Source: an uncultured Clostridia bacterium (GTDB lineage: Bacteria; Bacillota; Clostridia; Christensenellales; UBA1242). Taken from it: DNA of 53,688 nt. Position numbers and translations under genes: made by a program. This document shows positions 21,317 through 32,092 of this stretch, piece by piece. Every line of letters starts with the position of its first letter. The stretch's first letter is position 1. The stretch spans positions 67,816 to 121,503 of the forward strand of contig CALVZE010000003.1 in NCBI GenBank assembly GCA_944372445.1. The letters are read 5' to 3'. The notes beneath the pieces are model-generated. The model saw only the letters and a list, made by a program, of their open reading frames with translations, was not told where the DNA came from and did no database searches.

Positions 21317-22390
21317 TTAACTTAACATGAATGTTTTAGCTGGCATCCTTTTTATTAAACCACGAATTTCAAGCGTTGTCAAACAACTGTTTAAAATATT
21401 TGTTGGAAGAAGAGAGTTTTTTGCAAGTTCATCAAAGTCCTGTTCCCCGTTTTTCAACAAGTTCAAGATGATTTGTTCATCCATATTAACTTCCACCGTT
21501 TTATTTACCTTATTAGGATTGTTTAGGTTATATCTTGCTAAAATATCCTCTGGTTCAAGCACACATTCAGCTTGTGCCGAACGAATGAGAGAGTTTGGAA
21601 GTTCACTTTTAGCTGAATTTATATTTCCCGGCACAGCAAACACATCTCGTCCATAGTCAAGAGCAAATTCTTTTGTGTGTATTGTTCCGCTCTTTTTACC
21701 CGCTTCCGTAATTAAAGTGCCAAGAGACAGTCCTGCGATTATGCGATTGCGATTAGGAAAGGTGTATTTAGTCGGTTTCGCAAACGGCGGATACTCACTG
21801 ATAAGCAAGCCTTTTTCTGCAATCTCATTTGCAAGATTTGTGTTGGCCTCAGGATAAATATGGTTTAATCCGCCTCCTAGAACAGCAATAGTCTTTCCGC
21901 CCTCTTCAAGTGCTTTCCTATGCGAAATAGCGTCAACTCCATACGCAAGTCCGCTCACAACCACAAGCCCAGCACTTGCAAGCACGCCAGCAAACTTTTC
22001 AGTTACATACCTTCCATAATTTGATGGCATACGCGTTCCAACCATAGAGATAGCGTCTTGGTTTAGAAGTGAAATATCGCCTTTGCAATATAAAAGCATA
22101 GGAGCGTCATCTAGATATCTAAGTTTTTCTGGATATTCCGCGTCCATAATTGTGATTACTTTAATGTTGTCCTTTTCAAGATTAGCTAAATATGACCTAA
22201 AAAGCCTATCATCGCTTTTATTAGCAAGATTGGTGTATTCATTTGTAGATAAAAGTTTGCTAATCTCTTTATTATCTACAATTTTCTTAATATCTTCAAT
22301 TTCTTCTCGTTCTACTATATCCATAATCTTCGCTAACTTTTTATTAGGTATTTCGACTAAGGATAAAAAGGTTAAAATGTTTTTGTTCAT
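21317..22390 (-). CDS. dprA: DNA-processing protein DprA
   Basis: VGTR, VSGLAYGVD, FPNRNRIIAGLS, EAGKKSG, GRDVFAVPG; C-terminal winged helix. Confidence 0.96.
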   Translation of the reverse strand: MNKNILTFLSLVEIPNKKLAKIMDIVEREEIEDIKKIVDNKEISKLLSTNEYTNLANKSDDRLFRSYLANLEKDNIKVITIMDAEYPEKLRYLDDAPMLLYCKGDISLLNQDAISMVGTRMPSNYGRYVTEKFAGVLASAGLVVVSGLAYGVDAISHRKALEEGGKTIAVLGGGLNHIYPEANTNLANEIAEKGLLISEYPPFAKPTKYTFPNRNRIIAGLSLGTLITEAGKKSGTIHTKEFALDYGRDVFAVPGNINSAKSELPNSLIRSAQAECVLEPEDILARYNLNNPNKVNKTVEVNMDEQIILNLLKNGEQDFDELAKNSLLPTNILNSCLTTLEIRGLIKRMPAKTFMLS

Positions 22391-22451
22391 AGCTTCCTTT
22401 TAAAGATAGCGATTTTTTATTCACATTGTCAAGCGATTTTATAAAATTTAT

Positions 22452-23993
22452 TTATGCGTTAAAATACTTTCTATCAAGTCCGCGATAGGAAATTGCTTCC
22501 GCTATATGTGCTGGAAGAATATTCTCCTCGCCTGCAAGGTCAGCAATCGTTCGAGCAACCTTTAATATTCTATCATGCGCCCTTGCACTTAATTTTAAGT
22601 TTGTAAAGGCATAGGACATAATTTGTTGACATTCTGGTGAAAGCTTACAAAACTTCTTAGTCTGAGGCACACTCATCTTTGCGTTACAAAACACTTTGCT
22701 ATCTTTGAAGCGTTCTAATTGTAATGCTCTTGCCTTATCCACTCTCTCTTTTATTTTGCTTGTTGGCTCTTCCTTGTTTTCATCGTTAAGCTCTTTATAT
22801 GTTATATTGTCAACTTCCACATGTATGTCAATTCTGTCCATAATAGGTCCTGAGAGCTTTGACAAATATCTATGTATCTGCGTTGGCGAGCAAGTGCATT
22901 CTCTATCCTTAGAGCCATAGTTACCGCATGGACACGGGTTCATGGAAGCGATAAGTGTGAAAGAGGCAGGATATGTTATCGTCTGCTGTGCGCGTGCCAC
23001 TGTGATATATCCATCTTCAAGTGGCTGACGGAGAGTCTCTATTAGATTTCTAGAATATTCAGGAAATTCATCTAAAAACAGCACCCCATTATGCGCGAGA
23101 CTTATCTCGCCAGGCTTACTATGCACACCTCCACCTGTAAGGCTAATAGCGGTTGCAGTATGGTGCGGAGTTCTAAATGGTCGCTCAGTGATTATGCCTT
23201 GCTTCAAATCTAGTTCGCCGGCGATAGAATGTATCTTTGTGACCTCCAACGCCTCGTCAAAGGTAAGATTTGGTAATATTCCAGAAAAGCACTTGGCAAG
23301 CATACTTTTACCGCTTCCAGGAGGACCAATCATAAGAACATTATGCCCGCCCGCCGCAGCAATTTCAAGCGCGCGCTTAGCCATACGCTGACCTTTCACA
23401 TTTTCAAAATCAAGCTTGTTTGTGTTTGATAGTGAAATTTCTTCAAACCGCATAGTGTTAACTTTAAAAGCATCCTTTTCAACTTCATTATTTAAAAAGC
23501 CTACAACCTCTCTTAAATTATCAAAAGCATAGCAGTCTATGTTAGATATAAAGCTTGCCTCTTTTGCGTTTTCTTTTGGTATAATGAAATTTTTATAGCC
23601 AAGAGAGCGAGCAGAAATCAGCATAGGCAGAACGCCTCTGACCTTTTTTATTCGTCCGTCAAGCGAAAGTTCTCCCAAAAAGATGTAATGTTTATAGTCC
23701 TTTTTAAGTAACTGCTCGGAAGCGGAAAGAATGCCGATAGCAATGCCTAAATCATATACCGGTCCTTCCTTTTTTATGTCTGCTGGCGCCAAGTTTATGG
23801 TATAATGTTTTAAAGGAAATTCAAAGCCACTGTTACGAATAGCTGATTTCACACGCTCTTTTGCCTCTTTAACGGCAGTATCGCCAAGCCCCACCAAATC
23901 TATATGTGGAAGTCCACCCATAATATCAGTTTCAATTTCCACCAAAAATCCCTCAATTCCCGTCAAGCCAAAGCTCATAAGTTTAGACAACAT
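22452..23993 (-). CDS. comM: YifB/ComM Mg-chelatase-like AAA ATPase
   Basis: INLAPAD, GPPGSGKSM, PFRTPHH, LAHNGVLFLDE, MNPCPCG, ARTIADL; GGAGG RBS favours ATG 23993. Confidence 0.93.
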   Translation of the reverse strand: MLSKLMSFGLTGIEGFLVEIETDIMGGLPHIDLVGLGDTAVKEAKERVKSAIRNSGFEFPLKHYTINLAPADIKKEGPVYDLGIAIGILSASEQLLKKDYKHYIFLGELSLDGRIKKVRGVLPMLISARSLGYKNFIIPKENAKEASFISNIDCYAFDNLREVVGFLNNEVEKDAFKVNTMRFEEISLSNTNKLDFENVKGQRMAKRALEIAAAGGHNVLMIGPPGSGKSMLAKCFSGILPNLTFDEALEVTKIHSIAGELDLKQGIITERPFRTPHHTATAISLTGGGVHSKPGEISLAHNGVLFLDEFPEYSRNLIETLRQPLEDGYITVARAQQTITYPASFTLIASMNPCPCGNYGSKDRECTCSPTQIHRYLSKLSGPIMDRIDIHVEVDNITYKELNDENKEEPTSKIKERVDKARALQLERFKDSKVFCNAKMSVPQTKKFCKLSPECQQIMSYAFTNLKLSARAHDRILKVARTIADLAGEENILPAHIAEAISYRGLDRKYFNA

Positions 23994-24284
23994 ATCTTCC
24001 TCCGTAACAACTTTCTTATGTTTTGTAATTTTTGTCATACAAAAGACGACAAAGTTACAATAACAAAAACTAAATCAAAATCCTTTTCATTATATCATCT
24101 TTTATCTTTTAAGCAAAACTTTTTAAACAAATATTATAAAAAAGAAACACACTTAAACAAAATACAACATCATTCGACTTTTTTTAAAGATATTTTATGA
24201 GATTTTTAACAACCTTTATCGAAACACTTTGATTTTATTTTAAAGCGTGCTATCATATATGTGTTTTCAAAAAAGAGGTGAAAA

Positions 24285-25016
24285 ATGAAAAAGACAGCAA
24301 TAATTACAGGTGCATCTGGCGACATAGGAAAAGCTATCGCAGAGAAGTTTGCAAAGCTTAACTATAACCTTGCCTTATGCTCAAATAGGAACAATGTTGA
24401 ATACGATGACGACTTAAAATCTAAGTATAAAATCGAAGTTAAAAACTACAAAATGGACATTGCTGATTTTAAACAAGTGGAAACGGTATTCAACAAGATA
24501 TTTAGTGATTTCGATGCAGTGAATGTTTTAGTTGCTAATGCAGGAATAAGCGAAAAGCGTAAACTTATAATTGATGTCACAAACGAAGAAATTGATGACT
24601 TAATCGACACAAATCTGAAAGGCAGTATTGTATGCTCGCGTGAATTTGTAAAGCATGTCATGGACAAAGGTGGAAAAATCATTTTAATCGGCTCATTTGT
24701 GGCAAACTATGGTTGTGCATGTGAAAGTGTATATAGCGCAAGTAAAGCTGGACTAATTGGACTATGTAAGTCGCTAGCAAATGAGTTAGGTAATTTTGAT
24801 ATAACTGTCAACATGGTAAATCCTGGCTTTATCAACACAAAGATGAACAACAACCTCACAAGTGCAGAAAAAGAAGATATTGAAAATATGACTCCGCTTA
24901 TGCGCCTTGGTGAGGCTGTTGATGTTTCCGAAGCGGTGGCTTTTCTAGCAGAAGATAGCGGAAATTTCGTGACAGGTCAAGCTATTAATATTGATGGCGG
25001 TTATATACCTTTATAA
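24285..25016 (+). CDS. SDR family oxidoreductase (FabG/YmfI-like)
   Basis: TGASGDIG, ANAG, YSASK, PGFINT, TGQAINIDGG. Confidence 0.92.
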   Translation: MKKTAIITGASGDIGKAIAEKFAKLNYNLALCSNRNNVEYDDDLKSKYKIEVKNYKMDIADFKQVETVFNKIFSDFDAVNVLVANAGISEKRKLIIDVTNEEIDDLIDTNLKGSIVCSREFVKHVMDKGGKIILIGSFVANYGCACESVYSASKAGLIGLCKSLANELGNFDITVNMVNPGFINTKMNNNLTSAEKEDIENMTPLMRLGEAVDVSEAVAFLAEDSGNFVTGQAINIDGGYIPL

Positions 25017-25106
25017 GCAAAGCAACAATTTTTTACGCAAATTTTAATAAAATAGAAGTTTTCCAAACCACATATTTACATCAAAATTTTGCATAATTGT
25101 ATTTTA

Positions 25107-25137
25107 TATATTGCATACTACACTATATATTGTGGTG
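25107..25137. repeat. NrdR-box-like dispersed repeat, copy 3 (inverted)
   Basis: TATTGCATACTACACTATATAT is the exact reverse complement of 329-350. Confidence 0.65.
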
Positions 25138-25275
25138 TTATGTATAAACAAGAAAGATTTATATAGCGTTTTTTAAGATTTTGTAAAAACCTAGTTGAAA
25201 TATATAAAATTTGATTGCATTAATTTTTGAAATATGTTACAATAAGCATGTTTTAAAAACAAAAGGAGAAAAATT

Positions 25276-26445
25276 ATGAGTAAACAACAAGTTATATACG
25301 AAGGATTGACTCCTGCACAACAGAAGAGTTTCAATCTTATCCAATCCGTCGGAATATATGAATTAAGAGCGCTTGCAAGAGTGTTTGGCGAGCCGTCACC
25401 TACCACGCTTAGAAGAAATGAGCAAATAAAATATATTATGGATGTTATTATTTCTGGAAAAGATTTAAATCCTATTCCTCTTCGTCAAGGAAGACCTTAT
25501 AAGGAACTTTCAAACATTGAACCGATACTTGAAGAGCTTTCCGAAATCACAGGTAAAGATTATACTTTAAAGAAAAATCAAGAAAAAACGGCAAAAACCT
25601 ATGGCAAAGTTTTCGCTTTCAAACAAGTTGAACAAAAGACTGTTGAGCAAAAACTTTTTCCTATCAAGGTTAAAGGCGTTGTGCTTGTCAATCAGGATAA
25701 GTCGCTGTATCTTTTAAATGAGAACAGCTCTCTTCCTGTGCTTATTAAGAATTTTGATAAAGTCAATGAATTTGACTATATAACAGGCAGTGCTGTTATC
25801 ATGAATGACAGTCACGAATATATACTTGACAACATCGAAACAATCAATTTTGTAGATTACAAAGATTATGCACCAAAGAACATCGAATTTACTCCTACCC
25901 TTCCTTCAACTAGTGTTAAGGTTGGAAAGTCGGAAATTAAACTTGGCAGTCGATATCTATTAAATCAAGCTAAGCTCACAGAGCCTAATCTCAAAACCTT
26001 ACTTGCAGTTTTGAAGAAAAATCATATTTTCACTATCGCTCTTGCCAGCAATGTGCTTTATGAAGATTACATAGCACTTTCTTCTATGGGCTTTGACAAT
26101 ATGTTTTTGTTGAAATATGATGATGAGCCAAAAGTTTATGATGACAAGGTAAATATGTTCATTGAAAATATAAAACGCCTTCAAGCAGTTGGCACCAATG
26201 TTGCCATTTTTGTGCAAGACGTTGTAACAATCGCTCATACGCTTGACGCGAATTATAAAAATTCACCTAAAACATACTTTAACCATACAGAAGAGACAGC
26301 AAGCACCATAAAAGAAATTGTTATGCTTGCAAAAAGCAATATGGAAAACAACACCACCCTCTTTATCACTAACGATGAAAGCGATAATTTGGATGCATTA
26401 TACTCCACTTGCATCAGCAAAGTTTCCAACAAAGTTCAACTTTAA
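25276..26445 (+). CDS. Degenerate Rho-like protein (Rho N-terminal domain, no intact Walker A)
   Basis: IYELRALARVFG...QIKYI resembles Rho_N; IKLGSRYLL, VAIFVQDVVTIAH and KEIVMLAKS align loosely with Rho ATPase segments; AAGGAG RBS. Confidence 0.55.
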   Translation: MSKQQVIYEGLTPAQQKSFNLIQSVGIYELRALARVFGEPSPTTLRRNEQIKYIMDVIISGKDLNPIPLRQGRPYKELSNIEPILEELSEITGKDYTLKKNQEKTAKTYGKVFAFKQVEQKTVEQKLFPIKVKGVVLVNQDKSLYLLNENSSLPVLIKNFDKVNEFDYITGSAVIMNDSHEYILDNIETINFVDYKDYAPKNIEFTPTLPSTSVKVGKSEIKLGSRYLLNQAKLTEPNLKTLLAVLKKNHIFTIALASNVLYEDYIALSSMGFDNMFLLKYDDEPKVYDDKVNMFIENIKRLQAVGTNVAIFVQDVVTIAHTLDANYKNSPKTYFNHTEETASTIKEIVMLAKSNMENNTTLFITNDESDNLDALYSTCISKVSNKVQL

Positions 26446-26519
26446 TAAACTTAAATTTGTTATAATTAAAGCGCGCCTTATGGTGCGTTTTATTGTTAAG
26501 CTCACAATGGTGATTTTGT

Positions 26520-26548
26520 TTGACATCCTTAGTTTTTTTTCATATAAT
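26520..26548 (+). promoter_or_regulatory. Sigma-A promoter of lgt
   Basis: TTGACA, 17-nt spacer, TATAAT. Confidence 0.85.
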
Positions 26549-26563
26549 ATCACAAGGTGAGTT

Positions 26564-27406
26564 ATGCTTTTATTTAACAATAGTTTTGAAATTTTTGGCC
26601 TAACTATAAATTATTATGGTCTTATAAGCGCTCTAGGTTATCTTGTCGGTGTGATTGTCTCCTGTTTTTATGCTAAAAAGAGAGGTTTTAAAGCGGATGA
26701 CATAATTACGCTAGCCTGCTTTGTCATTCCTCTTGCAATAATAGGCGCAAGAATTTATTATGTTCTCTTTTCACTTGACGAATTCACAAATTTTTGGGAT
26801 GTCTTTAAAATTTGGGAAGGAGGACTAGGCTTTTATGGTGGCTTAATCGGTGGAGCGCTCGGCGTTGTGCTATATTGTGTGATATTCAAAAAGAATTTTT
26901 TAAAACTTGCCGATGTTGTTGTTGCAGGGCTTATTCTCGGACAAGGAATAGGCAGATGGGGAAATTTTGTCAATCAGGAAGCTTTTGGTTATTATATTGA
27001 CAACACAAATATGCAATGGTTTCCTTTTGGTGTCTATATTGAACATTGTCATCAACCTGGTTGCACCTGCCCTGGATATGGCTGGCACCTAGCAACTTTC
27101 TTCTATGAATTTATGAACAACCTAATTATTTTCATCGTTTTAAGCCTTCTTCTCTTTAAGGTGAAATTTAAAAATGACGGTATGGTCGCAAGTTGCTATT
27201 TAATTATGTATGGCTTCTGTCGTTTCATTGTGGAAGGTCTTAGAATGGACAGTCTTTATCTTGGACCATTTAGAATATCTCAACTTTTAAGCATAGTTTT
27301 TATCCTCTGTGGCATCGCCTATATTGTCTTTTGCGTGGTTAAAAATAAGCGTAAGAAAACGCCTGATGAGATTATACGAGATGTTTTAAAAAATGATTTA
27401 AAATAA
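26564..27406 (+). CDS. lgt: Prolipoprotein diacylglyceryl transferase
   Basis: YYGL, GARIYYV, IWEGGL.FYGG, GRWGNFVNQEAFG, H.TFFYE, RFIVEGLR.D. Confidence 0.96.
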   Translation: MLLFNNSFEIFGLTINYYGLISALGYLVGVIVSCFYAKKRGFKADDIITLACFVIPLAIIGARIYYVLFSLDEFTNFWDVFKIWEGGLGFYGGLIGGALGVVLYCVIFKKNFLKLADVVVAGLILGQGIGRWGNFVNQEAFGYYIDNTNMQWFPFGVYIEHCHQPGCTCPGYGWHLATFFYEFMNNLIIFIVLSLLLFKVKFKNDGMVASCYLIMYGFCRFIVEGLRMDSLYLGPFRISQLLSIVFILCGIAYIVFCVVKNKRKKTPDEIIRDVLKNDLK

Positions 27407-27436
27407 AATGCTTGTCATTTTTGAGTAAAAAAACGA

Positions 27437-28051
27437 GTGATTAGTGATTTGATGAAAAGCAAATCACGAAATGAAGTGCAGTTTGCGACGTGGCTAATAA
27501 TTTTAATGCGAATACTAACGCCTATTTTGAGAGATAATTTAATTATGCGAGGAAGAATAGGTAGCATAAAAAAGTCTAACTTATTGAGCGCCGTTCTCAT
27601 AACCTTTCTCATTGTTTTTGTCGCTTTTATAGTTTTAAACATATTCTTGTTTAGCAGTTATAAAACAGTTTGGTTCTATGCATTTTGCACGCTTATAGGA
27701 CTGTATGAAATATTAAAAAGTAGATTTTTTAAATTGGATAGCGCCTTTTACTTTGGCTGTTCAATTCTGTTTGTTGGCATAAGTGGATTTACCTACACCT
27801 TCACAAACACCTTAGATTATTTAAGCATATACCTCCTATCAAGTTTTGCCTTGGCTTCTATACTATCTTTCTTGGTTTGCGGTCAAAAATTCCACCTGGT
27901 TATCTTTTATTCGCTATTTTTCGTGCTTATTTTCGAGCTTTTATACAAATTAAATTTGATAACTTACACTATTTCTATTGCAATTTGCCTATCATTTTTG
28001 TTATTATTAATAGTGATAATAACTGTGAGTTTTTTGTGTAGTAAAAAATAA
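27437..28051 (+). CDS. Hypothetical polytopic membrane protein (true start probably later, e.g. 27545)
   Basis: About 6 hydrophobic segments. Confidence 0.6.
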   Translation: MISDLMKSKSRNEVQFATWLIILMRILTPILRDNLIMRGRIGSIKKSNLLSAVLITFLIVFVAFIVLNIFLFSSYKTVWFYAFCTLIGLYEILKSRFFKLDSAFYFGCSILFVGISGFTYTFTNTLDYLSIYLLSSFALASILSFLVCGQKFHLVIFYSLFFVLIFELLYKLNLITYTISIAICLSFLLLLIVIITVSFLCSKK

Positions 28052-28065
28052 AAGGAGTGCTTAAA

Positions 28066-28842
28066 ATGAATTTCAAAGAACAATTTAATGGCTACAACAA
28101 GCAAGAAGTCGATGCGTATATCGAGCGTTTAAAGGCTAGTTATGAATCCAAACTGATGGACGAAAAATTGAAAACGCTAGAAAGCGAAAGACGCCTGTTA
28201 AACTTCAAAAATCAACACACCGAACTTGCTCATAAGGAAAAGAGTATTTTAGAAGCACTTGATGTGCTTGAAAAGGCAAAAAAATTTCAAGAAGAAGGCA
28301 CACGCAGTTTTTATTCACTTGTGTTTGACAAACTGAAACTTTTGGTTCACGAACTTGATATGCGTTTTCCAAACATGCGCCGAAACACCGAATACAACAA
28401 AATCTTGCAAGAACTTTACAGCCTTATCACAGATTATAAAGACAAGTTTATTCCTGAAAATTATATCAATAGTCCTATCAATTCTTCTAATGACAGTATG
28501 CGCCTATTGTTAAACAAAATGCAAGAGTATAAAGCGCCTAAAAAGGAAGTTAAAGAGGTTAAAGTAAACACCAACAACATTTCTGACACGACAAAATATA
28601 CCAACTTTTATAAAAGAAATAGTTTTGTTTTTAAACCAAAAGAAACTTCTCAAAATAAATCCACCAATATGGATAAAGTTATAAATGAAAGAATACTTCC
28701 AAACGAAACAAAATATCCTAAAAGCGAAAGCGGTTTTAGTTTTGAAGAAGCCTTGCATCCCAAGGTTGGCTTAGAAGAAATCATGAAAGCGTTTGACTTT
28801 TATAATGAAAATAAGAAAAATAACCAAAGCGGACAAAATTAG
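28066..28842 (+). CDS. DivIVA-domain coiled-coil protein
   Basis: FKEQFNGYNKQEVDAYIERL motif; AAGGAG RBS. Confidence 0.75.
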   Translation: MNFKEQFNGYNKQEVDAYIERLKASYESKLMDEKLKTLESERRLLNFKNQHTELAHKEKSILEALDVLEKAKKFQEEGTRSFYSLVFDKLKLLVHELDMRFPNMRRNTEYNKILQELYSLITDYKDKFIPENYINSPINSSNDSMRLLLNKMQEYKAPKKEVKEVKVNTNNISDTTKYTNFYKRNSFVFKPKETSQNKSTNMDKVINERILPNETKYPKSESGFSFEEALHPKVGLEEIMKAFDFYNENKKNNQSGQN

Positions 28843-29027
28843 TCCGTTTTTTTATATCTTCAACCGATATTTATTTAGAAATCTTTAACAATTTTGTTTC
28901 TAAGGTTGAAAAAATGATGGCAATGGTATAAAATATTAGATATAGGCTGTTATTAAAAATATATATATTTACAGCTTGCGTCATATATTTTTACATTATT
29001 TAAACAAAAATTAAATAGGAGAAACCT

Positions 29028-31094
29028 ATGGAAGATATGTTAAAAATCATCAACGTCAATAAGATATATAAAATTAATAAATATGAAAATTTCCAAGCTC
29101 TACATAATATAAACGTTTCCTTTAAAAGTGGAGAGCTTGTGTCTATTGTTGGTGAAAGCGGAAGTGGTAAATCCACACTTATGAACCTAATCGGTGGACT
29201 TGACTCTGATTTTACAGGCAATATTATAGCCTGCGACCAAGATTTAAGCAAACTCTCTGACAAAGAACTTGATAAGTATAGAAAAGATAAAGTGGGATTT
29301 GTTTTTCAATCTTTTAATCTTATATCTCACCTATCAATACTTGACAATGTCACCTTAGCTTTGACGCTTTCTAATGTCAGTGAAAAAGAAAAGATAGAGC
29401 GTGCCACAAATATGCTTAAACTTGTTGGACTAGAAACACAAATAAAGAAAAAACCGACTCAACTTTCCGGCGGACAAAAACAGCGTGTGGCTATCGCCCG
29501 AGCTTTAATCAATAATCCAGACATCATCATTGCTGACGAGCCGACAGGTGCGCTTGATACTTCCACAACCATGCAAATACTGAAAATCTTGAAAGAAATA
29601 GCAGACAGTGGAAAACTTGTAATTATGGTTACACACTCAGAAAAAGTCGCCTCAATTTCCTCACGCGTTGTCGAAATTTCTGACGGAAGAATTGTCAGCG
29701 ATAAACAAAATAATAAATATAAGAAAGAAAAAGCTAAGATTTTTAGGGAAAATATAGAGCCAAAAAAGACGAAAAAGCCTATAAAACAAAATTTGTCATA
29801 CCTTTCAGCGATAAAATTATCGCTACACAACATGTTGGCAAGCAAAACGAAAAATTTACTTATGGCTTTTGGTGTGGCAATAGGAATTGGTAGTTTACTT
29901 CTCATGCTTTGTTTTAGCTCTGGCATTACGGACTACATCAACAACACCATGAAATCCTACTCTGACCCAACGATAGTTACAATATCAAAACAAAGCAAAA
30001 GCATAACTGACATACCACTTTTTGACGCCGAGGGAACCGAGATAACTAAGCTCAAAGATGATATAAATAAATATTTAGAGGAAAATGGTTATAACTACGA
30101 ATTAACAGATGAAAATTTAACTCCTGGATTTAACATAATGACTATGCTAGGACCTGTGTCGGCGTATTTAGAATATGATTTTAACAAAGACGGCGAAATT
30201 ACAGATGATGAAAAACTTAATATTTATTACCTTTACACCACCCCGCCATACTACTCAGACAGGAATTTGGTTGAAGGAGAAATGTCAACAAGCTCAGGCG
30301 GAGTTATGCTCACACCTGCCGTATATAGTTTTTTTGGCGAGGAAACGCCTATCGGCAAAAAGATTGACTTTTATGTAGATATAAACTTGCCAGATTTCGA
30401 CCAAGAGATACCTATCAATCAAGTGGAAATCACAGGCATCGTCGACACTTCCGTGATGAGCGGATTTCCTGTAATTTATATAGATTATGACTTCTTTATG
30501 TCATATTACGATGACTATTCTACACCGCAACCAACCACCTACTACATTCAAACAATGATTGATAGTAATGACTTAACAGAATCGGAAGCCAAAGAGATTG
30601 CCAGTGCCATAAACCGCTATATCTCCACGCTTGATGGTTACACCGGTTCTATTGAAGAGAGTTTAGCAAATATGTTTAAAAGCATGGCAAGCACAATCGG
30701 CACCTCTCTTGTAATTCTTTCAATTATCTCGCTTGTGGTGTCCGCAATAATGATTTTGGTTGTGATGTATATGAGCGTCAGTGAACGCACAAAAGAAATC
30801 GGCGTGTTGAAGTCAATAGGCGCAAGAAAAAAAGATATACATCGTATTTTCTCCTCTGAAAGTTTCCTCGTTGGCTTACTTAGTGGTATTTGCGGTCTTA
30901 TTGTCGCCGGCGTGCTTCTTGTTATAATTTACATCGTGCTAATACATCTTGTTGGCATCGCCCCACTTTCGTTTAAATGGTATTATGTCTTTATAGCTCT
31001 CGGCGTTTCAGTCATCATCAGCATACTCAGCGGACTTTATCCTGCAAGTAAAGCCGCCCGCCTTGACCCTGTGGAATCACTTAGACGCGAATAA
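29028..31094 (+). CDS. Fused ABC ATPase/FtsX permease (MacB-like)
   Basis: GESGSGKS, LSGGQ, IIIADEP, VTH, SVSERTKEIGVLKSIGA, PASKAARLDPVESLR. Confidence 0.93.
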   Translation: MEDMLKIINVNKIYKINKYENFQALHNINVSFKSGELVSIVGESGSGKSTLMNLIGGLDSDFTGNIIACDQDLSKLSDKELDKYRKDKVGFVFQSFNLISHLSILDNVTLALTLSNVSEKEKIERATNMLKLVGLETQIKKKPTQLSGGQKQRVAIARALINNPDIIIADEPTGALDTSTTMQILKILKEIADSGKLVIMVTHSEKVASISSRVVEISDGRIVSDKQNNKYKKEKAKIFRENIEPKKTKKPIKQNLSYLSAIKLSLHNMLASKTKNLLMAFGVAIGIGSLLLMLCFSSGITDYINNTMKSYSDPTIVTISKQSKSITDIPLFDAEGTEITKLKDDINKYLEENGYNYELTDENLTPGFNIMTMLGPVSAYLEYDFNKDGEITDDEKLNIYYLYTTPPYYSDRNLVEGEMSTSSGGVMLTPAVYSFFGEETPIGKKIDFYVDINLPDFDQEIPINQVEITGIVDTSVMSGFPVIYIDYDFFMSYYDDYSTPQPTTYYIQTMIDSNDLTESEAKEIASAINRYISTLDGYTGSIEESLANMFKSMASTIGTSLVILSIISLVVSAIMILVVMYMSVSERTKEIGVLKSIGARKKDIHRIFSSESFLVGLLSGICGLIVAGVLLVIIYIVLIHLVGIAPLSFKWYYVFIALGVSVIISILSGLYPASKAARLDPVESLRRE

Positions 31095-31201
31095 ACCAAA
31101 CACTGTTTGGATTATGTGATATTTCGTTAAAACAACAAAATATAATACCAAATTTAATTCAAAATCTCTTTTAGTAAATTTAAACATAATAAGAGGAAAC
31201 T

Positions 31202-31924
31202 ATGATTAAAGAATTTTTAACTGAAAATGCCGAGGAAAATCTAAAACATTTCCATGAAAAACTAATCTACACTAAACTTCCTATATATGGCATACGAACA
31301 GAAAAGTTAAGAAAGTTTGCATGTTTGCTAGCAAAAAATGAAATTAGATTAGACGATATTGAAAACACTTCACACGAGGAAATTCTTTTAAAAGGATTTG
31401 TGCTTTCTAAACAAAAATGGACAGACGTAGAAATCATCAAAGCCTTTGAAGAGTTTAACTCCTGCATCGATAATTGGGCAACCTGTGATATGATAACATC
31501 TTCCTTGAAGAGATTAAAAACAGAAAACGGCAGGAGATATTTTCTCTCACTTTTAAACAACACGAACCTATATAAAAAACGAATAGGAATAATAGGACTA
31601 ATGTCGTTCTTTTTGAATGATGAAAATTTGGAAGAGATTATAAGTTCTCTTGTTTCACTTTCAAACACCCTATCATCTAAAACAAATTATTCAAATAATG
31701 GAACAACAGAAGAAAAAATCAAAAATTTAAGTGAATATTATGTAAAAATGGCAATAAGTTGGTATCTATGCTCACTTATTTGCAAAAATTTCGAATATGG
31801 CAAACAAGCACTTCAAAAGTTTTCCGATAAATTAATTCGCAATAAAGCAATCTCAAAGTGTCACGATTCATTCCGCCTGTCGCCCGACCAAAAAGAGGAG
31901 TTAAAAAAATTTAAGTATATATAA
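31202..31924 (+). CDS. DNA alkylation repair protein (AlkD-like)
   Basis: YGIR, IDNWATCD, YYVKMAISW, IRNKAISK..DS.R. Confidence 0.8.
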   Translation: MIKEFLTENAEENLKHFHEKLIYTKLPIYGIRTEKLRKFACLLAKNEIRLDDIENTSHEEILLKGFVLSKQKWTDVEIIKAFEEFNSCIDNWATCDMITSSLKRLKTENGRRYFLSLLNNTNLYKKRIGIIGLMSFFLNDENLEEIISSLVSLSNTLSSKTNYSNNGTTEEKIKNLSEYYVKMAISWYLCSLICKNFEYGKQALQKFSDKLIRNKAISKCHDSFRLSPDQKEELKKFKYI

Positions 31925-32092
31925 AATGATAAAATTTTCACTTTTATTAAAAAATTTCTAAAAAAATAGCTAGGTTTAGCTGTTTTTTATTAACACGATT
32001 ATATTCACCAATATATGGTAGCCCATAATTATTTTTTCTTTGTTAAACAAAAATAGCTCCTCCGTCATAGACTTTATTTGTAAGGAGGAAAA

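Noticed and set aside
21317-23993. comM as an integration hotspot
   Set aside because: comM is often interrupted by mobile elements, but it is intact here.
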